Assembly: GCA_964016885.1 (NCBI GenBank)
Contig: OZ024752.1
Coordinates: forward strand, 620,001 to 684,000
Length of the DNA stretch: 64,000 bases
Direction: 5' to 3'
Source of the DNA: Eledone cirrhosa
Taxonomy: Eukaryota
The notes under the pieces were generated by a model that saw only the letters and a program-made list of their open reading frames with translations, was not told the DNA's origin and searched no databases. A program made the position numbers and the translations under genes. Positions within the stretch are counted from its first letter, which is position 1. Every line of letters begins with the position of its first letter. Positions 30,463-43,300 of the stretch are shown piece after piece.

Positions 30463-31504
30463 GTTTCCTTATTAGCCACATGGGCACGAAAGAAGGGGAC
30501 AAATACAAAGGGGAAGTTTACATACAATAAAAACGTGTAAAATATTATCACAAATGCAACTGAAAAGTAAATCGATTTCCCCCAATAGGGGGAGACATTT
30601 CATATGGGTAACACATACCCCCGAAAAAATGTGCAACGCTCATCTCCAAGAGTACGTACCCCTTTCCTTTCTTCCTCTTTTTCCTCAACCTACAGGCTGA
30701 TATAGAGAGAAGGCCCATTCACTCGGGCTATTCTCGCCACTTTCACCCACCTTTCATAAAACTTGCTGGGGTACAGCACCTCTCTCTCCATCCTGATTCT
30801 TCTTCCAAAGTGGTATTTGAAAAAAAGAATCAGTTGTTGGCCGGAGAGAAAGGTGTCTGACCTCAGCCCTTTTAACCTTGTCCACCATACAACTTCTTTC
30901 GCCATAGCTATCACACAAAAGAAAACCCCCTCTCCTTCGTTTTTGAAGGAGGGTGGCGGTTTGATTATGACAATGGACTCGGTGGTCAACCGGATTGGTC
31001 CCACCCGCAACAATAGTCGTTCTACATAGCCCCACAGGTCGGTAACGCCCGGGCAGTGTATGAATGCGTGCGCGACAGTTTCTTCGACTCACACGCATCT
31101 CGGACAGATCTTTATCGAAGGGTCCATGCCCGGGCGCACATGTCTGTAGAGCTTGTCTCGAACTGGTAGAGCTCCTCGGTAGCACTGCCAGACCAGGGAC
31201 TTTTGGAAGTTGTCCATCAGTCCCGTGCGGAAGGTCCTACCGAACAGACTGGCCAGTTCGTCTTCCTCTACACCTAGAGTTTCTCCGAGCGCGTCGTCGC
31301 ACTTCTGTGGATCAGCCCTCTATAGAATGACGAAGTGGAGTCTTCACTGATCGCCGGGTCCGCCTGCCAGAGGGCTGTGAGCGCCTGGGCACATTCGATG
31401 TGCCAGTCGCCCATTTTCCTCGGTCTTTGCTTGACCCAGGACTGCCGATCGGTCAGCGAGACGAGTCGTGGGAAGGCTCGCCTCACGAACGGGGCCCATA
31501 CCGT

Positions 31505-31505
<1 letters not shown>
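30463..31505 (-). mobile_element. Tx1-like LINE, 5'-truncated copy A
   Basis: Translation (AMAKEVVWWTRLKGLRS...RIRMEREVL...FYERWV..AR.ARVNGPSLY) and 3' UTR match the full-length element. (TAGA)n on both sides. Confidence 0.9.
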
Positions 31506-31564
<59 letters not shown>

Positions 31565-31565
<1 letters not shown>

Positions 31566-31811
31566 TTCTTTTATTTGCCACTAGGGCATCAAAAGTGGGA
31601 CAAGTACAAAGGGGGGATCAGCCCTCTATAGAATGACGAAGTGGAGTCTTCACTGATCGCCGGGTCCGCCTGCCAGAGGGCTGTGAGCGCCTGGGCACAT
31701 TCAATGTGCCAGTCGCCCATTTTCCTCGGTCTTTGCTTGACCCAGGACTGCCGATCGGTCAGCGAGACGAGTCGTGGGAAGGCTCGCCTCACGAACGGGG
31801 CCCATACCGGT

Positions 31812-31812
<1 letters not shown>
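31565..31812 (-). mobile_element. Tx1-like LINE, internally deleted copy B
   Basis: ~50 bp of 3' end is fused to a near-exact copy of 31309-31503. (TAGA)n on both sides. Confidence 0.88.
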
Positions 31813-31875
<63 letters not shown>

Positions 31876-31876
<1 letters not shown>

Positions 31877-32235
31877 TTCTTTATTAGCCACAGGGGCACA
31901 AAAGAAGGGGACAAATACAAAGGGGGAAGTTTACATACAATAAAAACATGTAAAATGTTATCACAGATGGAATTTAAAAGTTAGTCGATTTTCCCCAATA
32001 GAGGGAGACAGTTTATATGGGTAACACAGACCCCCGAAAAAAATGTGCAACCCTCATCTCCAGGAGTACGAAGAGCTTGTACTCCTTTCCTCTCCTCCTC
32101 CTTTTCCTCAACCTACAGGCTGATATAGAGAGAAGGCCCATTCACTCGGGCCATTCTCGCCACTTTCACCCACCTTTCATAAAACTTGCTGGGGTACAGC
32201 ACCTCTCTCTCCATCCTGATTCTTCTTCCAAAGTG
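31876..32235 (-). mobile_element. Tx1-like LINE, 5'-truncated copy C
   Basis: Matches 30463-30833. (TAGA)n on both sides. Confidence 0.9.
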
Positions 32236-32254
32236 GTATTTGAAAAAAAGAATC

Positions 32255-32294
<40 letters not shown>

Positions 32295-35162
32295 CTTTGT
32301 TTAAAGGCAAGAAAGTGAGAAAGAGAAAAAAGTAAGAAAAATATAAAGTGGAAGAAAAAGATGGAAACAAAGAAAAAAGAAAAAAAAAATACAGCGAAAA
32401 CAAGCGACGGTATAACAGAGATAAATAAAGTGGGTGTTAAGGAATTCTGGGACATGCGCATAATGGAAAGAAGTGTGAAAAAATGGTGTCATTGAATGAG
32501 TGTTACCTGATAAGTGTTGTATGGTTTATCCACCAGGGGCAGACATCGTGAACGATATGGATAAAATACAAAATAAAATAATAAAAACACCCTCAAGTTA
32601 TGAGTTAGGTCATGCAATCTCAGACATCTTGAAAGAGAATGGAGAACGTAAGGACAAAATAACTAAATAAAAAATATCTGTATATATACACATATATATA
32701 TGTGTGTGCGTGTGAGAGAGAGAGGGTGTGTGTGTGTTTGTATGTGTAATATATCTCTCTACATATATGTGTTTTATATATATATGTATACATGCATGTA
32801 AATCTATCTATATATCTAGCTAACTATCTCTCTTTCTCTCTCTCTTTATATATATATATCAAAAACCTCGCAAAACTAATTCATCGCCGTTATATATATA
32901 AATATATATATATGTATATGTATGCATGTAAATTTATCTATCTATCTACCTCTTTCTCTCTCTCTCTCTTACTCTCTCTCTATATATATATATACATTAT
33001 GAATGTATTATGTTTGTGTGTGTGTACACCCAGCCATTCATACACATACTTAACAAAGAAAATAGAACTCTTATAGACCATGTTTGTAATTCGAACTCCA
33101 ATAGTTTGTCCTTCTAGTCTGCTGTCGTGTTCCTCAGTCAAGAAACGACGAAAGAATTTTAATAGGAAAATAATATGAATGGTGGAGTTTGTCAGAAAGT
33201 AAAATTTGTTTGTATTTGTGATGGCAACGTTATTTGTTTGGTCGAACTGTTTCGTTGATAGACTGTTTAAAAACAAATCACCATTTTTGTTTCATTCGTG
33301 AATACATCAAATAGTGCAACTTTTTCCTCTTATTTTGTTTTATTTATTGTTGTTGGCAAGGGGGGAAGGTCTCAACTTAGAAAATAGGTCGCCATATTGA
33401 CAATTTTTGTTCATAACATTTCTTCTCGAATTTTTAGATCAAGCTTCTTACTGAATGTGGCCAGACGGACGGTTGGGAAGGACAATACAGCTACACGTAC
33501 CTTTAAAATGTTGTTCAAAGGTCATGTCACATCAACAAGATTTATATTAGAACTACAAAAATGTTCACTTTGTTTTTGTTTTGTCTACTAGTAATATAAT
33601 CTAAACAAGACTGCATAATTCAAACATAAAAATCACCCATAATTAATTCGTTTGACATCGTTCATAGCATTACTGGACATTCTCACTAACGATATTAATA
33701 ACAGCAGCTGTTTAGATAATGGCAAATTGCATTATTTCAATATCATAGACGAGCATGTGAAGGAAAAAGTAAGCTTCCAACAAGCTACTTGCCAACCAAG
33801 TACATACAGCTCTTTGTATTTGTCTTTTAAAGTAAAGACATGAATGTCACAATCTCACAGTTTCTTGCTTAAATTACTGAACTTTAATGTTTAGTATCAA
33901 AATACAGAAATAATGCTGATTCTGTTATGCACCCACAATTCGTGACAGCAGTCTTCCCACACTTTCTCCCGGTTACCAACCCTATTTCAACCCCTCTCCA
34001 CTAAATTCTTTGTCTAATCCTTCCTTCTTTTGCAAAACTCCATCTCTTTAGAACCTACAGGCCACCTTTCCTCCCCTCCTCAAACAATATTCAACAGTTC
34101 AAACAGAGTATTAATCACACTAAACCCACCAAGATACCCTTAATCCGCCGGCCTACGACTGCCCTCGAAGATCAAGAACACTTCCCTAACTCACACTCCT
34201 CCTCTTTCCCACCCCCATCTTATAATAAATATAAATATAATGAAACTACAGTCTGGTAAAATAAATATACAATTACGTCAATAAAGAATCCTATATGTAG
34301 ACACACAAGTTGCTAGAAATAACTGTCTAATCTCACGCAAATCACACTCAACTGACTTGGAAAAAGAAAGAGACACTGGATAATATTCTCTTAAATACAC
34401 CATGTCGAAATAAAGGATTAAATAGCCACAGCTTGGGCACCTTTATCTATAGGTTTGCTGAATCAGAATTGATCTATGTCTAAAGTTCGACAACAAACAT
34501 ACCACATCTCTCAAACCCAATTCAATTGATCAGCATGAAATAGCCTACCCACCACAACACCAATCTCTGGCCCACAGACGTACTGTCTTCTAACTCTGTT
34601 TTTTCTAAAACTACTACTTGGACCTGCTTTTGTGCCTTCCCGACCCACATGCTTCCCCTCCTATCGTCAACCACAATGTATCCACCCCTGTCACCTAGAC
34701 TCTACACATTAACCACTTTGCCCAGTAAATTGTTACCAGACCGTTTATCCTTTAGACTTCGATCTCATCACATAATTTCCTTACAGCCACCAATTTGCCG
34801 ATCAACAGGAATGTTTACCACATTGATCTCAGTGGCCTCGAAAAGACTGCGTAAGTTCTAGGTACAATCCCTTCTAAAACCAAACGTTAAAAGAAAATAT
34901 GTGTATGTATGTAGGAAAGAGGACTCCTTCGGTCAGGTTAGAAGTTTATATACGGTAAATTTGATGGTGAAAAGCTGTCAGTTCGTCCTCATGTAATGGT
35001 TTACGCGTATGACTGGTATATATCAGATACAAGATTCCATTTAGTGATTCTGTCTTTTTTCTTCGTTTTATTTTTATTTTGTGCTTCTTAATGTATTATT
35101 TAAGTTTATCACATTTAAACTAAAATATTAATCACCTGTTTATATATATAAATATATATATT

Positions 35163-35285
<123 letters not shown>

Positions 35286-35681
35286 GTGTGTGTCTGTAGG
35301 TTGTATATATTGCTGTTGTGTTATATATAGATGTGTGTCGCGCTCTCTTGTATATATATGTTAGGTACAGGCATATATATATATAAGTGTGTGTGTGTAT
35401 ATGTGAAATCAGTATTCATTAAGATGTGTTTAAATAGTTTCAAATGTGTTATTAAATTGTGAAAGGGATGGCAGTTTCCGTATAAACTTCAAAATAGAAA
35501 AGCAATGAAACGAAATATGTAAGATAAAAAAAACTTCAAAATGTCATCGTTATCTGTGGTGAAACACTTGAGAAAAGAAGGACGTATGAGTGAAAGTGTG
35601 AAGTATTCTCAATAGAACAGTAGTTATTTGTATGATAGAAAAGACATTTGGCTGAGAAAGCAATTGTAATTTACATAAAAA

Positions 35682-38600
35682 CTAAATCAGAAAAATGATT
35701 ATTGTTGTGGTAGTTGGTGTAGTGGTTGGTGTGGTAGTTGGTGTAGTGTTTGGTGTAGTTGTTGTAGTGGATGGTGTAGTGGTTGGTGTAGTGGTTGGTG
35801 TGGTAGTTGGTGTAGTGTTTGGTGTAGTTGTTGTAGTGGATGGTGTAGTGGTTGGTGTAGTGGTTGGTGTAGTGGTTGTAGTGGATGGTGTAGTGGTTGG
35901 TGTAGTGGTTGGTGTGGTTGTTGTAGTGGATGGTGTAGTGGTTGGTGTAGTGGTTGGTGTAGTGGTTGGTGTAGTGGTTGTAGTGGATGGTGTAGTGGTT
36001 GGTGTGGTAGTTGGTGTAGTGTTTGGTGTAGTTGTTGTAGTGGATGGTGTAGTGGTTGGTGTAGTGGTTGGTGTAGTGGTTGGTGTGGTTGTTGTAGTGG
36101 ATGGTGTAGTGGTTGGTGTGGTAGTTGGTGTAGTGTTTGGTGTAGTTGTTGTAGTGGATGGTGTAGTGGTTGGTGTAGTGGTTGGTGTAGTGGTTGGTGT
36201 GGTTGTTGTAGTGGATGGTGTAGTGGTTGGTGTAGTGGTTGGTGTAGTGGTTGTAGTGGATGGTGTAGTGGTTGGTGTAGTGGTTGGTGTAGTGGTTGGT
36301 GTAGTGGTTGTAGTGGATGGTGTAGTGGTTGGTGTGGTAGTTGGTGTAGTGTTTGGTGTAGTTGTTGTAGTGGATGGTGTAGTGGTTGGTGTAGTGGTTG
36401 GTGTAGTGGTTGGTGTGGTTGTTGTAGTGGATGGTGTAGTGGTTGGTGTAGTGTTTGGTGTAGTTGTTGTAGTGGATGGTGTAGTGGTTGGTGTAGTGGT
36501 TGGTGTAGTGGTTGGTGTGGTTGTTGTAGTGGATGGTGTAGTGGTTGGTGTAGTGGATGGTGTAGTGGTTGGTGTAGTGGTTGGTGTAGTGGTTGGTGTA
36601 GTGGTTGTAGTGGATGGTGTAGTGGTTGGTGTGGTAGTTGGTGTAGTGTTTGGTGTAGTTGTTGTAGTGGATGGTGTAGTGGTTGGTGTAGTGGTTGGTG
36701 TAGTGGTTGTAGTGGATGGTGTAGTGGTTGGTGTAGTGGTTGGTGTGGTTGTTGTAGTGGATGGTGTAGTGGTTGGTGTAGTGGTTGGTGTGGTTGTTGT
36801 AGTGGATGGTGTAGTGGTTGGTGTAGTGGTTGGTGTGGTAGTTGGTGTAGTGGTTGGTGTGGTTGTTGTAGTGGATGGTGTAGTGGTTGGTGTAGTGGTT
36901 GGTGTGGTAGTTGGTGTAGTGGTTGGTGTGGTTGTTGTAGTGGATGGTGTAGTGGTTGGTGTAGTGGTTGGTGTAGTGGTTGTAGTGGATGGTGTAGTGG
37001 TTGGTGTAGTGGTTGGTGTGGTTGTTGTAGTGGATGGTGTAGTGGTTGGTGTAGTGGTTGGTGTAGTGGTTGTAGTGGATGGTGTAGTGGTTGGTGTGGT
37101 AGTTGGTGTAGTGTTTGGTGTAGTTGTTGTAGTGGATGGTGTAGTGGTTGGTGTAGTGGTTGGTGTGGTAGTTGGTGTAGTGGTTGGTGTGGTTGTTGTA
37201 GTGGATGGTGTAGTGGTTGGTGTAGTGGTTGGTGTGGTAGTTGGTGTAGTGGTTGGTGTGGTTGTTGTAGTGGATGGTGTAGTGGTTGGTGTAGTGGTTG
37301 GTGTAGTGGTTGTAGTGGATGGTGTAGTGGTTGGTGTAGTGGTTGGTGTGGTTGTTGTAGTGGATGGTGTAGTGGTTGGTGTAGTGGTTGGTGTAGTGGT
37401 TGTAGTGGATGGTGTAGTGGTTGGTGTGGTAGTTGGTGTAGTGTTTGGTGTAGTTGTTGTAGTGGATGGTGTAGTGGTTGGTGTAGTGGTTGGTGTGGTA
37501 GTTGGTGTAGTGGTTGGTGTGGTTGTTGTAGTGGATGGTGTAGTGGTTGGTGTAGTGGTTGGTGTGGTAGTTGGTGTAGTGGTTGGTGTGGTTGTTGTAG
37601 TGGATGGTGTAGTGGTTGGTGTAGTGGTTGGTGTAGTGGTTGTAGTGGATGGTGTAGTGGTTGGTGTAGTGGTTGGTGTGGTTGTTGTAGTGGATGGTGT
37701 AGTGGTTGGTGTAGTGGTTGGTGTAGTGGTTGTAGTGGATGGTGTAGTGGTTGGTGTGGTAGTTGGTGTAGTGTTTGGTGTAGTTGTTGTAGTGGATGGT
37801 GTAGTGGTTGGTGTAGTGGTTGGTGTAGTGGTTGGTGTGGTTGTTGTAGTGGATGGTGTAGTGGTAGGTGTGGTAGTTGGTGTAGTGTTTGGTGTAGTTG
37901 TTGTAGTGGATGGTGTAGTGGTTGGTGTAGTGGTTGGTGTAGTGGTTGTAGTGGATGGTGTAGTGGTTGGTGTAGTGGTTGGTGTGGTTGTTGTAGTGGA
38001 TGGTGTAGTGGTTGGTGTAGTGGTTGGTGTAGTGGTTGTAGTGGATGGTGTAGTGGTTGGTGTAGTGGTTGGTGTAGTGGTTGGTGTAGTGTTTGGTGTA
38101 GTTGTTGTAGTGGATGGTGTAGTGGTTGGTGTAGTGGTTGGTGTAGTGGTTGTAGTGGATGGTGTAGTGGTTGGTGTAGTGGTTGGTGTAGTGGTTGTAG
38201 TGGATGGTGTAGTGGTTGGTGTAGTGGTTGGTGTGGTTGTTGTAGTGGATGGTGTAGTGGTTGGTGTAGTGGTTGGTGTAGTGGTTGTAGTGGATGGTGT
38301 AGTGGTTGGTGTGGTAGTTGGTGTAGTGTTTGGTGTAGTTGTTGTAGTGGATGGTGTAGTGGTTGGTGTAGTGGTTGGTGTAGTGTTTGGTGTAGTTGTT
38401 GTAGTGGATGGTGTAGTGGTTGGTGTAGTGGTTGGTGTAGTGTTTGGTGTAGTTGTTGTAGTGGATGGTGTAGTGGTTGGTGTAGTGGTTGGTGTAGTGG
38501 TTGTAGTGGATGGTGTAGTGGTTGGTGTAGTGGTTGGTGTGGTTGTTGTAGTGGATGGTGTAGTGGTTGGTGTAGTGGTTGGTGTAGTGGTTGTAGTGGA

Positions 38601-41600
38601 TGGTGTAGTGGTTGGTGTGGTAGTTGGTGTAGTGTTTGGTGTAGTTGTTGTAGTGGATGGTGTAGTGGTTGGTGTGGTAGTTGGTGTAGTGTTTGGTGTA
38701 GTGGTTGGTGTAGTGGATGGTGTAGTGGTTGGTGTGGTAGTTGGTGTAGTGGTTGGTGTAGTGGTTGTAGTGGATGGTGTAGTGGTTGGTGTAGTGGTTG
38801 GTGTAGTGGTTGTAGTGGATGGTGTAGTGGTTGGTGTAGTGTTTGGTGTAGTTGTTGTAGTGGATGGTGTAGTGGTTGGTGTAGTGGTTGGTGTAGTGGT
38901 TGTAGTGGATGGTGTAGTGGTTGGTGTAGTGGTTGGTGTGGTTGTTGTAGTGGATGGTGTAGTGGTTGGTGTGGTAGTTGGTGTAGTGTTTGGTGTAGTG
39001 GTTGGTGTAGTGGATGGTGTAGTGGTTGGTGTGGTAGTTGGTGTAGTGGTTGGTGTAGTGGTTGTAGTGGATGGTGTAGTGGTTGGTGTAGTGGTTGGTG
39101 TAGTGGTTGTAGTGGATGGTGTAGTGGTTGGTGTAGTGTTTGGTGTAGTTGTTGTAGTGGATGGTGTAGTGGTTGGTGTGGTAGTTGGTGTAGTGTTTGG
39201 TGTAGTGGTTGTTGTAGTGGATGGTGTAGTGGTTGGTGTGGTAGTTGGTGTAGTGGTTGGTGTAGTGGTTGGTGTAGTGGTTGTAGTGGATGGTGTAGTG
39301 GTTGGTGTAGTGGTTGGTGTAGTGGTTGTAGTGGATGGTGTAGTGGTTGGTGTAGTGTTTGGTGTAGTTGTTGTAGTGGATGGTGTAGTGGTTGGTGTGG
39401 TAGTTGGTGTAGTGTTTGGTGTAGTTGTTGTAGTGGATGGTGTAGTGGTTGGTGTAGTGGTTGGTGTAGTGGTTGGTGTAGTAGTTGTAGTGGATGGTGT
39501 AGTGGTTGGTGTAGTGGTTGGTGTGGTTGTTGTAGTGGATGGTGTAGTGGTTGGTGTAGTGGTTGGTGTGGTAGTTGGTGTAGTGGTTGGTGTGGTGGTT
39601 GGTGTAGTGGTTGGTGTGGTAGTTGGTGTAGTGGATGGTGTGGTAGTTGGTGTAGTGGATGGTGTGGTTGTTGGTGTAGTGGTTGGTGTGGTGGTTGGTG
39701 TAGTGGTTGGTGTAGTGGTTGGTGTGGTGGTTGGTGTAGTGGTTGTAGTGGATGGTGTAGTGGATGGTGTAGTGGTTGGTGTAGTGGTTGTAGTGGAGAG
39801 TGTAGTGGTTGGTGTAGTGGTTGTAGTGGAGAGTGTATTGGTTGTAGTGGAGAGTGTAGTGGTTGTAGTGGATGGTGTGGTGGTTGGTGTAGTGGTTGGT
39901 GTGGTGGTTGGTGTAGTGGTTGGTGTAGTGGTTGGTGTGGTTGTTGTAGTGGATGGTGTAGTGGTTGGTGTGGTGGTTGGTGTAGTGGTTGTAGTGGATG
40001 GTGTAGTGGTTGTAGTGGAGAGTGTAGTGGTTGGTGTAGTGGTTGTAGTGGATGGTGTAGTGGTTGTAGTGGAGAGTGTATTGGTTGTAGTGGAGAGTGT
40101 AGTGGTTGTAGTGGATGGTGTAGTGGTTGGTGTAGTGGTTGGTGTAGTGGTTGTTGTAGTGGATGGTGTAGTGGTTGGTGTGGTGGTTGGTGTAGTGGTT
40201 GTAGTGGATGGTGTAGTGGTTGTAGTGGAGAGTGTAGTGGTTGGTGTAGTGGTTGTAGTGGAGAGTGTATTGGTTGTAGTGGAGAGTGTAGTGGTTGTAG
40301 TGGATGGTGTGGTGGTTGGTGTAGTGGTTGGTGTGGTTGTTGTAGTGGATGGTGTAGTGGTTGGTGTGGTGGTTGGTGTAGTGGTTGTAGTGGATGGTGT
40401 AGTGGTTGTAGTGGAGAGTGTAGTGGTTGGTGTAGTGGTTGTAGTGGATGGTGTAGTGGTTGTAGTGGAGAGTGTATTGGTTGTAGTGGAGAGTGTAGTG
40501 GTTGTAGTGGATGGTGTAGTGGTTGGTGTAGTGGTTGGTGTAGTGGTTGTAGTGGATGGTGTAGTGGTTGTAGTGTATGGTGTAGTGGTTGGTGTAGTGG
40601 TTGTAGTGGATGGTGTAGTGGTTGTAGTGGAGAGTGTAGTGGTTGTAGTGGAGAGTGTAGTGGTTGTAGTGGATGGTGTAGTGGTTGTAGTGGATGGTGT
40701 AGTGGTTGTAGTGGAGAGTGTAGTGGTTGGTGTAGTGGTTGTAGTGGATGGTGTAGTGGTTGTAGTGGAGAGTGTATTGGTTGTAGTGGAGAGTGTAGTG
40801 GTTGTAGTGGATGGTGTAGTGGTTGTAGTGGAGAGTGTAGTGGTTGGTGTAGTGGTTGTAGTGGATGGTGTAGTGGTTGTAGTGGAGAGTGTATTGGTTG
40901 TAGTGGAGAGTGTAGTGGTTGTAGTGGATGGTGTAGTGGTTGGTGTAGTGGTTGGTGTAGTGGTTGTAGTGGATGGTGTAGTGGTTGTAGTGGATGGTGT
41001 AGTGGTTGGTGTAGTGGTTGTAGTGGATGGTGTAGTGGTTGTAGTGGAGAGTGTAGTGGTTGTAGTGGAGAGTGTAGTGGTTGTAGTGGATGGTGTAGTG
41101 GTTGTAGTGGATGGTGTAGTGGTTGTAGTGGATGGTGTAGTGGTTGTAGTGGATGGTATAGTGGTTGTAGTGGATGGTATAGTGGTTGTAGTGGATGGTG
41201 TAGTGGTTGGTGTAGTAGTTGTAGTGGATGGTGTAGTGGTTGGTGTAGTGGTTGGTGTAGTGGTTGTAGTGGATGGTGTAGTGGTTGGTGTAGTGGTTGG
41301 TGTAGTGGTTGGTGTGGTTGGTGTAGTGGTTGTAGTGGATGGTATAGTGGTTGTAGTGGATGGTGTAGTGGTTGGTGTAGTGGTTGGTGTAGTGGTTGTA
41401 GTGGATGGTGTAGTGGTTGGTGTAGTGGTTGGTGTAGTGGTTGTAGTGGATGGTGTAGTGGTTGTAGTGGATGGTGTAGTGGTTGTAGTGGATGGTGTAG
41501 TGGTTGGTGTAGTGGTTGGTGTAGTGGTTGTAGTGGATGGTGTAGTGGTTGTAGTGGATGGTGTAGTGGTTGGTGTAGTGGTTGTAGTGGATGGTGTAGT

Positions 41601-42805
41601 GGTTGGTGTAGTGGTTGGTATAGTGGTTGTAGTGGATGGTGTAGTGGTTGGTGTAGTGGTTGGTGTAGTGGTTGTAGTGGATGGTGTAGTGGTTGTAGTG
41701 GAGAGTGTATTGGTTGTAGTGGAGAGTGTAGTGGTTGTAGTGGATGGTGTAGTGGTTGTAGTGGAGAGTGTAGTGGTTGGTGTAGTGGTTGTAGTGGATG
41801 GTGTAGTGGTTGTAGTGGAGAGTGTAGTGGTTGTAGTGGAGAGTGTAGTGGTTGTAGTGGATGGTGTAGTGGTTGGTGTAGTGGTTGGTGTAGTGGTTGT
41901 AGTGGATGGTGTAGTGGTTGTAGTGGATGGTGTAGTGGTTGGTGTAGTGGTTGTAGTGGATGGTGTAGTGGTTGTAGTGGAGAGTGTAGTGGTTGTAGTG
42001 GATGGTGTAGTGGTTGTAGTGGATGGTGTAGTGGTTGTAGTGGATGGTGTAGTGGTTGGTGTAGTGGTTGTAGTGGATGGTGTAGTGGTTGTAGTGGAGA
42101 GTGTAGTGGTTGTAGTGGATGGTGTAGTGGTTGTAGTGGATGGTGTAGTGGTTGTAGTGGATGGTGTAGTGGTTGTAGTGGATGGTGTAGTGGTTGTAGT
42201 GGATGGTGTAGTGGTTGTAGTGGATGGTGTAGTGGTTGTAGTGGATGGTGTAGTGGTTGTAGTGGATGGTGTAGTGGTTGTAGTGGAGAGTGTAGTGGTT
42301 GTAGTGGATGGTGTAGTGGTTGTAGTGGATGGTGTAGTGGTTGGTGTAGTGGTTGGTGTGGTTGTTGTAGTGGATGGTGTAGTGGTTGTAGTGGATGGTG
42401 TAGTGGTTGTAGTGGATGGTGTAGTGGTTGTAGTGGATGGTGTAGTGGTTGGTGTAGTGGTTGGTGTGGTTGTTGTAGTGGATGGTGTAGTGGTTGGTGT
42501 AGTGGTTGGTGTGGTTGTTGTAGTGGTTGGTGTAGTGGTTGGTGTGGTGGTTGGTGTAGTGGTTGTAGTGGATGGTATAGTGGTTGTAGTGGATGGTGTA
42601 GTGGTTGGTGTAGTGGTTGGTGTGGTAGTTGGTGTAGTGTTTGGTGTAGTGGTTGTAGTGGAGAGTGTAGTGGTTGGTGTAGTGGTTGGTGTAGTGGTTG
42701 TAGTGGATGGTGTAGTGGTTGTAGTGGATGGTGTAGTGGTTGTAGTGGATGGTGTAGTGGTTGTAGTGGATGGTGTAGTGGATGGTGTAGTGGTTGGTGT
42801 GGTTG
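35682..42805 (-). CDS. Putative mucin-like PTS exon, ~2,370 aa of [22 protein letters not shown] repeats
   Basis: The reverse complement of ggtgtagtggtt reads CCA ACC ACT ACA. The frame is open from 43187 to TAG at 35682-35684 and ends [11 protein letters not shown]. There is a candidate phase-1 acceptor tacattag|CA at 42806/42805. It has no start codon, so the ORF track misses it. No flanking exons were identified. Confidence 0.55.
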
Positions 42806-43300
42806 CTAATGTATTTTTTGGTAGTAGTTGGTGTAGTGGATGTTGTACTGGTGGTTTGTGTAGTGGTTGCTGTAGTGGTTGGTGTAGTGGTTGGTGTTTG
42901 TGTAGTGGTTGGTGTAATGGTTGGTGTAGTGGTTGGTGTAGTGTTAGGTGCAGTGGTTGTGTAGTGGTTGGTGTAGTAGTTGGTGTAGTGGTGTGTATGG
43001 TGGTAGGTGTAGTGGTTGGTGTAGTGGTTGGTGTTCTGGTAGGTGTTGTGGTTGTAGTGGTTGGTGTAGTTGTTGGTGTAGTGGTGGTAGGTGTAGTGGT
43101 TGGTATAGTGGTTGGTGTAGTGGTTGGTGTAGTGGTTGGTGTAGTGGTTGGTGTAGTAGTTGGTGTGGTGGTTGTGTAGTGGTTGGTTTAGTTGTTGGTG
43201 TAGTGGTTGGTGTAGTGGTTGGTGTGGTGGCAGCTGTAGTGGTTGGTGTAGTGGTTGATATGGTGGTTGTTTTATGTGTAGTAGTTTGTATGCTTTTGCA
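35700..43300. repeat. 7.6 kb tandem array of 12/9/21-nt units with higher-order structure
   Basis: Units ggtgtagtggtt, gtagtggat, gtgttt and gagagt, with a 330-nt periodicity at ~36810-37800. The + strand is almost free of C. Confidence 0.97.

Noticed and set aside
35695-43179. 2494-aa Val/Gly ORF on the + strand
   Set aside because: An almost pure V/G/D polypeptide is implausible. It is the antisense shadow expected from ACN/CCA codons of a Thr/Pro repeat. Only stranded expression data could revive it.
35700-43300. Telomere-like G-rich array
   Set aside because: There are no TTAGGG/TTAGG units, the units are heterogeneous and triplet-based, and the array is internal.
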